The notes beneath the pieces were generated by a model. That model saw only the letters and a list, made by a program, of their open reading frames with translations. It was not told where the DNA came from and ran no database searches. From positions 94,054,001 to 94,118,000 of the forward strand of contig NC_043003.1 in the NCBI RefSeq assembly GCF_006345805.1: DNA of 64,000 nt, written 5' to 3'. The position numbers and the translations under genes were made by a program. Position 1 is the stretch's first letter, and each line of letters starts with the position of its first letter. The DNA is from Octopus sinensis (Eukaryota). Positions 13,002 to 23,040 of this stretch are shown here, in pieces.

Positions 13002-13037
13002 CTTTCTGTCGAAGAGCATAGGCTCGAAACGTAAAAG
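13002..13037 (+). ncRNA. Degenerate minimal type-I hammerhead-like motif
   Basis: CTTT-CTGTCGA-A-GAGC(ATAG)GCTC-GAAAC-GT-A-AAAG. Stem I is CTTT/AAAG, stem II is 4 bp, and stem III is the palindrome ACGT. The core has A6 to T. Confidence 0.5.
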
Positions 13038-13634
13038 ACTTTCTCACTTCCGGAGCGTTAAACATCTGTTTGTTGATTACACACTCGTCTTCGTCTTTTG
13101 TTTCTTGTAAATTCTCGCTATCCCAATACTTGATTGTTTAAAGCCTGGTCTCATTTTGAATATAACCATCAGCTCGCGTTTTCAGTTGAATCAGTTTCAT
13201 CAACCTATGTAACGTTAATAACTTTTACCTGGATTAACTTGAGTGAGGATATTATTCAAAATGTCCAGTTTGGATAGATAGGTATATTTCTTTTTGCAGA
13301 GAATATACACTTTGTCAACATACATCTTGTTTGCTGCCAGTAGGTCAATATGGCTCATTAGTCACATATATAGTTGCTTGAGATGCTATAAATAATGACC
13401 ATAATTTTCTCAGTCATACTGTGCCGTCCTGTATAAATACTAGACACTGGATAATGTTGTATATACTCCAAGATTCAGGATGTTAATTGCCAGATTGTTC
13501 TTCATCATGTGTCTGCTTGATCAAGTTTGATTTGGAGCTAAATACAACAACCTCTGAATTCAAATTTAACCCCATTCCTACCAACTCTGCATGAAATGAA
13601 TATGAATTCTTTATATGATATATAAATTCACATG

Positions 13635-13991
13635 TCTATATATATAAACGGCAAAATGTCTGTCTGTGTGTGTCTGTGTATCCTTTATACAAATCCACAA
13701 TATTTCAGTTAAAGGGCTCGCACTTTCTATGATCATTCAAAACCGTCCAAGGGTGGTCGTGCACATCTTTACACTCCGCAAAGTCATTAAAAATCAATAG
13801 AAGTGACTTTTTTGTGAATTTTCTATCCAAAACCCAATCAAAATGCCCGAAACTTGATACGCCGATTGAATGCCAGCTAGCTGTATAGTTGCTCGGAGAT
13901 TTTGACAGTGCTCGCGTGTATGTGCGCACGCACGCAGCTGTATATGCATGCTCTAGCACTATGACCTAGCAACGCCGGGTCATAGTGCTAG
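13635..13991 (+). mobile_element. Non-autonomous Helitron (HINE/DINE-like)
   Basis: 5' TCTATATATATAAA followed by (GTCT)n, a 3' hairpin around GCAACGCCGGG, and terminal CTAG (13988-13991) followed by T. Confidence 0.85.
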
Positions 13992-14639
13992 TGACGTGAT
14001 AATTCATAGATAACTTATGAATTTCTAATTCATTTGTATTTTATATTTATTTCACATACACTCTGACTTTAGCATTTATATCGCAACTTACGCTATCTCT
14101 GGAATGGTCGTATCTATTTAAGACGTAACTCATCTTTTTGTAGTACTGTCGCTAAATACTTAATTCCTCAAGCTTCCTCTTCAAATTTTGTTTTTTTGCT
14201 TTCCTCTTCGTCTTCTGATTTATTTTCCCCTCCCGCCTTACCACCACCAAGGCAGAAATCCCAGCGTCGTAATGGCATGGTGGTAGAAGAAATTCTTCAA
14301 CCGGTAGTGGTCGTGGTGGCGGTGACGTCTTGTATATAATAAAAGAAATCTATATGAGCAAACTTCTGTCAAACCGCGCAACTGTAGTCAGATATTATAG
14401 CTACGGTATATGCTATCTATTATGTACATGTATAATGTTTTCAACAGAATAAGTTCCAATGACTAAAACAATTAGCTAAAATGGACGAAATTACATAGTA
14501 GTAGAAAAAAATTAACATACTTATTAAACAAGAGACAGACAGTAATGGTTTCATTTATCTTTAATACAGTAGAGTATCTGAGACAGTTAGGAGAAAAGAA
14601 GGGTAGAAGGGAAATTATTGTGGGTGCCAGATAATAATA

Positions 14640-14800
14640 TTGACAAAATGCGCCTCTTTAATAATCAACCTAAATGATTGTGGACATAGTAAATTGTTGA
14701 TATATCTCGGAAGAAAAGAAGGAGGAAGATGCTTAGAATCAGTACAGACTTAGAGTGTCGCATATTATGTCAATATTTACGTAATATCAGCACAGAAAAC
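14640..14800 (+). mobile_element. Small R4/Dong-like LINE fragment (post-RT region)
   Basis: LIYLGRKEGGRCLESVQ matches the RLY.PRK.GGRGL.S motif. Confidence 0.55.
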
Positions 14801-17054
14801 AAATGCATCGACCAAGGTTCCAACTGGGAAAAAAAGAAACTATTCAAGAATCGGAAATAAACGCTTCCATAATCCAGTTTCTAAAGATGTCAATACAACT
14901 GTTATTGAAGTCCGATGTCTACCGGACTTCAATAACAATTTTGTTTCAAGGTAACTTATTAATGATCTCGATATTGACAAACCCTTCCTGAATTTGAGAC
15001 CCTTTTAGTACTTCATAATTTTACAGTTTAATAGTAATTGATAAAATACTCGTTGAACGACTGATAAAAAGAGAAACATCTTTTATCTCACAAGGCGCGA
15101 GAAAAAATATCGGTTAAATCAAATGTAGAAAATATTTCCCATGTCAGTGAGAAAGACGCCAAACTGTCCTCAGTTAGCATCGCATTCAGAAATACATTGT
15201 TACTACAATATCATAAATAATCACCTACAGAAAAAAAATTCTCTGTGACAAATATTACCATTATTTCTGATGTTGAGAACATCCATCTGTTGGCTTGACA
15301 GATGAGACAGAAGTAAAATGAATCTACAAATGTGAACGTGACATTCAGATTCAAGGAGAAAGAGATTACTTATGTACGAACACTTTGAAAACTAACAACA
15401 AAACGTATATCTTAATTATAAGCTTACGTTAGTACCTGTAATGATTGGCACACTTAATAACGCTATCAAATTCTTACAAATTTTAACGACTATTACTTAA
15501 TAGTAAGTAAAATCTCAGACAATAAAGAATAATCTTCGAATATGAATACTGTAAATGCAATAAGTAAGACAAAAATCTAAAAATATGCGTGATTTTTTTA
15601 TATTTTGCATGTAACTTTGTAGTTATTGTTGTCTAGCTTCTTTTCGTTAAAAACCAAAGAAAGAGAACAGACATACATCCACACGTGGAGATTATAAATT
15701 ACATTAAATACTATTTAAAGTTTGATTCGAAAGATTTTGAACAAATTATGTTCCACATCTGTCACATAGAAACATAAGAGTATGCTTCACAAACCTGTAT
15801 TTTCAGCCATATCATTATATTTTACCATTTTGCTTTCTTTTCTAATGATTCACGCATGGAATTTAACTCATACTGTATTTATACAAAAAGAAAAATAAAT
15901 GATGAACAAATGAACGTATTGGAAACGCTATAATGAAATAAATCAAATAACATTTTGAAATTGTATTTTAATAAATGTTATTAGATTTCTTAAAGAAAAG
16001 TCGTGTATTATTTGAGAACATATCAGTTAAATTTGTATTTGATAGCTTTGTGTAGCACAATTTCGGGAATTTATGAGGATAAAACAATAAATACAAATTG
16101 TATGAAACATACGATGTAGGATTACATAATGGAGAAATAATAAAAGTTTAATATGAAAGAATTAAAGCGAATACTAAGAGCGAATATTATAAAACTGCGT
16201 AACTGAAAAGAGAGAAAAGAAGAAAGAGAGAGGGGGGAGAGAAAAGACAGATGGGGATCCAGTTATATACAGTGAAAGCCAAATTATATTTTTTCTGTTC
16301 CTGTTTAAAATCTTTTCGTCTTTTACTAGGAAAATTCACTTCATATTTGTTTCTTGAAATAACGTTTAAATCAAACTGCGTGTTTTACACGAATATACAG
16401 CTATTACAATGTCAAAATTAAGTTCTTTGTTAAATTATAATAATTCCATACATATTTCTCCTAAGATTAAATCATGTTCTGCAATATTGTTCTACAGCAA
16501 TGTATTGCATATGAAAATCTCAGTATATGCTGCACTCCTACTTCTAGACAGGATTAAGTCGGAGTAATTGTCTTCTAATTCTCTTTACAAGTAGAGCTTT
16601 ACATAAATTAGTTTGTGAATGTATAAAAACTAAAAAAAAGTACTTGGGAGGTTTATTTCCAGTCCATAAACTCTACAAACATAGTCTCTACCTTAAAAGC
16701 ATTAATCACTTTGAAATATTGCGTATTAACTTTTGTTTTATGAATAATATTTTTAGAAGTGGTATTTGTCCATTGTCAACAGTAATCAACTAACTACTTT
16801 TGTCAATATATTTTAATAATTATGTACACTACATAATAACGTAACTTACATAACTTCAACGTAACTTAATTAATTAATTCATATAAAAGAATATTCTTTT
16901 GGTAATCGATATTGTAAATTTGATCATTTTAACACCTCTTGCATGAATTACTTTTCATAGTAATAATATAAACACAAACGGTCGATGAATAAGGTGAATC
17001 ATAAGTTGCTAGAGAGAAACCGAACATGTTCATTCGTATCATTTGTTTTCTTTC

Positions 17055-17190
17055 ATGGCTAAGAGGTTCCCTTCGAAACCACATTTGTCTAAGTTTCGAT
17101 CCCACTGCGCGGCACTTTGGACGTCTGTCCTCTACAGCTTCGGCTTAATTAATGCCATGTGACTGAAATTTGCTACACTAAACGCCTGTA
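17055..17190 (+). mobile_element. Degenerate tRNA-SINE head
   Basis: GTTTCGATCCCACTGCGCGGCACTTTGG...TGACTGAAATTTGCTACAC resembles the 34111 family. Confidence 0.6.
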
Positions 17191-17233
17191 CTATACATAC
17201 ATGCATATATGCATACATACATACATACATACA

Positions 17234-17267
<34 letters not shown>

Positions 17268-17300
17268 CATACATACATACATACATACATACATACATAC

Positions 17301-17510
17301 ACAATGTTTCCCCTGTATCTGAGGAGGAATGTTACAGGTATCTAGGGGTGGATGAAAATATATCTTACAATGGCACCTGTAATAAAACACGTGTCACTAA
17401 AGGATATTACAGCCCAATAAAGAAAATTGGGACCTTAGAACTCTCTGCATTCAATAAAGCAGTGGCCCACAATGTGTTTGCAGTGCATGTACTCATGCCA
17501 ACATTTGGTC
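17301..17510 (+). mobile_element. R4/Dong-like LINE RT C-terminal fragment
   Basis: EEECYRYLGVDEN...KGYYSPIKKIGTLELSAFNKAVAHNVFAVHVLMPTFG (YKYLG and NK..A.N.FA.PV...FG motifs). Adjoins (TACA)n. Confidence 0.75.
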
Positions 17511-18680
17511 TACACCTGATCCAGCATTCCAGTTCACCAAAAGAGGTGAACCTGGGAAATATCTCATCAAAGAACTGAGATGACACCCGCTCACCGTCCA
17601 GTTAGAGCCAGAGATGCCTCAATCTCAGCGCATTACTGCGCATCTTTAGCCACGGCATTCCTAACCCACGAATCGAGATACGGCATGAAGGTTAGGCAGT
17701 AGGTAATGACATGCGGTAAACACATTTTCCACCCCCACTCTCCTTTTCAGGGATAGCCTCCGCCCAAACCAGCTATGAATTATGGACGCCACCCTACCCG
17801 TAACCTCGTTTCAATTCTTCTCTATCTGGAGGTCTGGACCAAACCAAACTCCAAGCATTTTCACCGGACCGTATGTCCAGCGTCGGACGACACTTTTGGA
17901 CGTCATCGACTTGCCCTCCAAGGTGCTGAGCTGCAAGCCGACCGACTTATTCCGGTTAATTCTTGCTCCTGCCTCAACTTCGTAATCCTTTAGGACCTTA
18001 CCTACCTCTGTAGGTCCTGGTCCCTGGATACGATGACAGTGACATAGTTCGCCTACCCTGTGACTGACTTTCCATACCCTAGATCTTGCGGGTCTCCGCT
18101 CGTCGACACCAATCTTCGCAGTAGTGGCTCGAGAGACAATAGAAACAGAAGGGTCGAGAGTGGACAAACTTGACGAACCAAGCGTTCGATATTGAACGGC
18201 TCCGAAAAGAAACCGTTCAACCGAACTACCGACTTGATGTTGCTATATAAAGCGTTGATCTAGCCGTGGAATGTCGGGCCAAAACCGGCTGCCTCGTGGA
18301 CTGCCGCCTGATAAGGCTTTGGATTGATCCGAATGGACCAACGCCCCACCCTTGCCAGGAAGCCTATTTACCCTTTCTAAGGTATAGCATATAAGGTGGA
18401 GATTATGGCGAATGGTCCTGCAGGGATGGCGAAGATTTGGGCCTACCCAACGATACCATCCACGATTTTCACCAACGTTTTTGCTAAAACCTTGGCCAGA
18501 ATCTTCAACTCTGTCTTAAGCCGAGTGATGGGTCTAAAGTTGTCAATTACGTCCCCCTTGTTTGCATTTCTTCTGATCAGTACCACGACTCTCTGACTCA
18601 CAGACGCAGGAATACTCCCGTTCTGCTGCCAGTTATTGAAGACACAGGCCGGCAGACGCCCAAACAATTTAAATGCACAA
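17511..18680 (-). mobile_element. L1/Tx1-clade LINE RT remnant
   Basis: NWQQNGSIPASVSQRVVVLIRRNANKGDVIDNFRPITRLKTELKILAKVLA and YEVEAGARINRNKSVGLQL...VKMLGVWFGPDLQIEKN. Confidence 0.85.
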
Positions 18681-18681
18681 G

Positions 18682-18888
18682 CATCGGTTGTCAAGCGATG
18701 GTGAGAGAGGAATAAACACAGACGCACAAACATACACACACACACACACATATATATATATTATATACGATGGGTTTCTTTCAGTTTCCATCTACCAAAT
18801 CCACTCACAAGGCTTTGGTCGGCCCGAGTTTATAGCAGAAGTCACTTGGCAAAGGTGCCATGCAGTGGGACTGAACCCAGAACCATGT
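18682..18888 (-). mobile_element. tRNA-derived SINE (34111 family), between the Tx1 and Gypsy remnants
   Basis: The reverse complement matches CATGGTTCTGGGTTCAGTCCCACTGC...GAGTGGATTTGGTAGATGGAAACTGAAAGAA. Confidence 0.85.
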
Positions 18889-21880
18889 TTATATTCTTAA
18901 AGTTGTCAGTGCTTCGTCGTTAATTCATTCCTCGCCTTTCTTAACACTCCCTTAAATATGTTCACAAATCTTTCTACCTACCCGTTTGTCCTCGGGTGGT
19001 AGGGTGGAGTGAAAATATGCATTATCACATGCCTTTTATAGAAGCTCTTGAATTCATACCCAGAGAACTGCGTTCCGTCGTCTGAAACTAGCGTGTCAGG
19101 GACACTGTATCGCACAAACAATTCGTACAAGAACTTTATAGTTGTCTTAGAAGTTGGTCTATAGCACGTGCAAACCTCTGGCCACTTAGTACAGCCATCT
19201 ACTACGATTAGGTAGTAAGCATCGGCGTTTACCTTTCCGTCAGTGTTAATGTGTAACCTTGACCATGTGTTCTCCGTCTCTGGCCAGGATTGATATTTTA
19301 CCGGAGGGGCTTTTACTGTGAGCGCGCATCCTTGGCACTTTCTCGCCAAGTTTTTGGTATCTCGATCCATAGACGGCCAATAGATATAACTCCTCATCAG
19401 AGCTTTCCTCCTTGCCATTCCTGGATGATGCAATATACCTTTTTGTAATGTAGTTGGAACCACCACTCTTTGGGCATACATCAGAATATCGCTGCAAATT
19501 GAAAAAACTACTGACATCTGAACTTTTATTTTGTTTAATTTTTACAGCTTCTTTTATTTTCGTAATATACTCATCGCCTACAGCTTTCATTCTTATATCC
19601 TGTGTAGTGAGTAGTAATTCTTGAATAACGTTCGTCCTAACACTTTAAATCACACTTTCTGCCTGCAGTGTGGCTGTACAGTCTCTTCTAGCGATTCCAT
19701 ATTTTTGGAATTAATCTCGAAAGGCAATCCGCATGACCGATTTTTTCGATGGAATATATTGCATTTTGAAATTATGATTTAGTAATATCACACCCCAACG
19801 TTGCAGGCGGTTCGCGGTTTGATTCGGTAACCCTTTTATTAGACCCATAAACCAATTGCAAAGGTCTATAACCTGTTTGCAATTAAAAAAATCCTCTGCC
19901 ATGCAGAAACCTGTAATAATTTTTAACTGCAAAAATAATTGCTAGGTCCTCCTTTTCAATTTGACTACATCTCTTCTCTGCTGCTATTAGTGAGTGCGAA
20001 ACATGAACCACTGGTTTTGTACCTCCGTCTTCGTATTTTTGAAGTAGAACTAATTCGCGCTCGGAAGCATCAAACGCTACAATGATGTCCATTTCGGGAT
20101 TGTAATGTGCTAATAATAGGTCTGAGATTAGAAGTTTTTTTTTATTTCTTCAAATGCGTTTTGCCATTAAGTGGACCAATTATACTTTGCTCCTTTTTTA
20201 AAATAAGTCACTCAATGGAGCTGTTAGGAATGTAGTATTGGTAGTAGTTGGCCAGCCGAAGAGATGCGGCTGCCATCAACGGGTCAGGGCGTCTACCACT
20301 TTTGTCAATTATTTGCCAAAAGTACTTAATTTGGGGTAGAAAGAATTTGGATTTTCTTCACTCAAAGTGAACCCGAAAACTTTAATTTTCTTAAACACAG
20401 CTTCTATGCGTTCCACATGCTGTTCACGAGAATTACTCTTGATCAAAAATAAAGGATTGCAATTTCCCAATCAGATAACATAGTATCCGTGATATGCTGG
20501 AATATTGCTGGTGCCACTTTTAATCCAAAACGTAATCATATGTATCTGTACAATCCGCTTTGAGCATTTGTCAGTTACTTTTATTCGTAAATAAGCTTCA
20601 AACAGATCTAATTTGTAAAAAATTTCTCAACCATTTAACTTTGACAAAATGCCCTCTACCGTCAGGACTTTTTAAAAAGTCGTTCAATCGTGTAGAGAAT
20701 CGGCACATGTCCTAATCTAATTATTATTTTTTTATACATTTCCAGGAGCATTTTATACAATTTTTTATTCATTTCTTCCGAAGACTTGTTTTTAATGGGA
20801 CAATCATTTATGTTATTGCAGTAAAGATTTATGGTGCCAAACGGAATGATTGTATTATTCACAATGAATTATTTTGCCTCGCGTGTCTTTCTTCGAAATG
20901 TGACTTCGATACATTTTTTACCCAAGAAATGTAATTTATCGCGCTATTTTCGCTGTTTTATGTAATCTCAGTTTACCAATTGTTTACCAAGTATCAGCAT
21001 TTATGATCGAGATGTCACTACCTGTGTCTAATTGTAATTTCGTATCATTTACTTTTACATGCACGAATTTTCTTGTTTTCCCGTTGCAATCACTCTCCGC
21101 TGAAAACACCCTAGAACGTTTTGTGTTTGAGCCTTATAGTCTTGTTCTACACTTAGAACTCCTGTATCCCAGCTTCTGACAACTACAGAACTTTTTGTTT
21201 TTAAGCAAACAATACTTTTTGTAGTGTAGGTCTCCACAACCATAACACGAATTGGGACCTGACACTCTTTTTTGATTGTGCTTCCCAGGACGACACATTT
21301 GAATTTTTGTAGAGTCTTTATCTTGTATTTTTTTTTTACATAATGTTTAAGATTTATCATTGTCTGGTATTCTTCTGCGATGGTCTGTAAAAATAAATCC
21401 TGTTTCGCTTGCTCCAGTTTCGAAAGAATCCTCGCCCGAATATCTCTGTCTTCAGGTGCTGCAAGTCCTCGCACCAAGATAAGTGATTTGAACATGTCCT
21501 GAGTGAGATCATAGAGTTTGAAATTTTCGAACATACAGTTGACTACTCTGGGGTAGGTGGTAAAATCCTCCTCCTCATTTTTTGTTATGTTCCAACACTC
21601 CATTCTCGTGCTGAATAATGAACTTCTATTATACAAAGTTTTGAAAGTAGTTCAACGGTTTCTTGGAAACTAATCTCACTCCACTTTTGGGGCAGAATAA
21701 AGTTACAGTAATGCTCAGTTTCGGCAGGAGCTACCTTGCACAGTAAAAGCCTTACTTTTTGCTTCTCCGACCATGACTTGTATTCGTTGTTAAAAATTTC
21801 TTTGTATCTTCTATAATATGCGGGAAACGTAATACTTCCTCCGGATTATTTGTAAATTAAGAAATTGCGTTAGCCACACC
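18889..21880 (-). mobile_element. Decayed Ty3/Gypsy (Mag/K02A2.6-like) LTR retrotransposon internal region: gag-PR-RT-RH-IN
   Basis: gag: WSEKQKVRLLLCKV...ETVELLSKL and RARILSKLEQ. Protease: LQLDTGSDISII (DTG at 21020-21028). RT: FGLKVAPAIFQ, with the YxDD deleted. RH: AFDAS..CSQIEKEDLAIIF. IN: HHPGMARRK, C..C, YLIVVDGCTKWPEV, LVSDDGTQF, PPYHPRTNG. Multiple stops and frameshifts; no intact LTR pair seen. Confidence 0.92.
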
Positions 21881-22005
21881 GTCTGTGAACTACCTCACTT
21901 ACTCAAACAGCTACTATTTATATGTAGTGGTCCAGTCCATTCTCGCTATGGGGACCACTGCATATAAATAGTAGATGTCTGGCGCGTTTACTCTTGCACA
22001 ACATA

Positions 22006-22545
22006 TACTTACATAAATACAAATATACCTTGTTGTTGATGTTAAAATTTCAGTGAAAGAGCCTTGGATCCATCCCCTCCTCACCGTGGTGGGGACGCTG
22101 ACAACGGGTAGTGTCAGAGCTATGTCGTCGGGAACTTCGGTTCCTGGTAGGGCCACCCAAGGCGGATTGGTCTGACACCGAGTGGTATTAGGGCCACAAC
22201 CCGGCTGACGGGGCTCTGGTGAAAATCCTCGGAGTGTCTGTTTCGGCAAACAGCGGCTCCTCGGTCTTCTGTCCCTGCATCTGCGGACAATCTGCGGCAA
22301 ACAGGATGTCTCTACATGCGGGATTGTTGGGGACCGCTTGTGAAATTCATATTCCCACGAAACTTCTTCCACTGCCATGGTTCAAGATGCTTCGAGGTTG
22401 GTGGAAGAAGCCGACTCAACCCGCCCAGGGTGAATGTCGCCACAAGTACAAGTAAGGAAGGATCTAGGTTAGAAACCGGCTCTTCCTCTATTGGCAAGAA
22501 ATCTTGAAATAAAACTAAATAATGACATACATACATACATATCTG
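22006..22545 (+). mobile_element. 3' UTR of the RLE-type LINE family seen at 35284-35806, interrupted by a 389-bp insertion
   Basis: TTGATGTTAAAATT...GAGCCTTGGATC|TAGGTTAGAAACCGG...AAGAAATCTTGAAATAAA aligns with 35711-35800. Confidence 0.8.
22071..22459 (+). mobile_element. Short non-autonomous RTE-like element with HDV-like ribozyme remnant
   Basis: GGATC duplicated at 22066-22070 and 22460-22464. 5' CCTCCTCACCGTGGTGGGG...GAGCTATGTCGTC...CCTGGTAGGGCCACCC resembles the RTE/Expander 5' UTR (from memory). The 3' end has a short ACAAGT-ACAAGT tail. Confidence 0.7.
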
Positions 22546-22807
22546 TGTAGTATGAGAACCGGTGAATTCTGACATGCTCTCTTTTATTCATCTTTCACTA
22601 AACTATCCCCCATCCGACTAAGGTCCATTCTGTATTCCATATCTTATGAGACCGATTAAATAACTAATGAAGTTCTAGGGTCGGAAGTATTGCATGCCTT
22701 AATTTCAACTCTACTCATAAATAACTGCATTGTTTCTTTCCAGGTAAACTGATATCTGACTGTTCAAAGAAGACTTCAAAAGCAATTAGTAGCGACTTTT
22801 TTTGAAA

Positions 22808-23040
22808 ATGGACAAAATTTGGCATTGCGGTGTTATCAAGTACCTGCAGAAAAGGGGCTTAGCCCTCAAGTGTATTGATGCTGATATAGTACCTACATTA
22901 GGGTATGATGCACCAGGTTTATCACCAGTGTAAAAGTGAGCAGCTGAATTTAGGGATGGGAGGGAAAGACTTGAAAATGAGCCAAGGTCTGAACGTCCTG
23001 AAACTGTCACCATCGAAGAAATCAATGATCGTCTTCACCG
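22808..23040 (+). mobile_element. Mariner transposase N-terminal (HTH) relic
   Basis: MDKIWHCGVIKYLQKRGL...LGYDAPGLSPV*K*AAEFRDGRERLENEPRSERP. Confidence 0.8.

Noticed and set aside
18930-18960. Apparent polypurine tract plus TG LTR start (AAGGGAG-TGTT on the minus strand)
   Set aside because: It is the frameshifted continuation of integrase (VERFVNIFKGVLRK), not a PPT.
22120-22175. Possible type-III hammerhead or twister fold around the UUCG hairpin
   Set aside because: The cores do not match (CTGGTA/CAAG versus CUGANGA/GAAA; no twister L4 or GAGGG). An HDV-like reading of the upstream part fits better.
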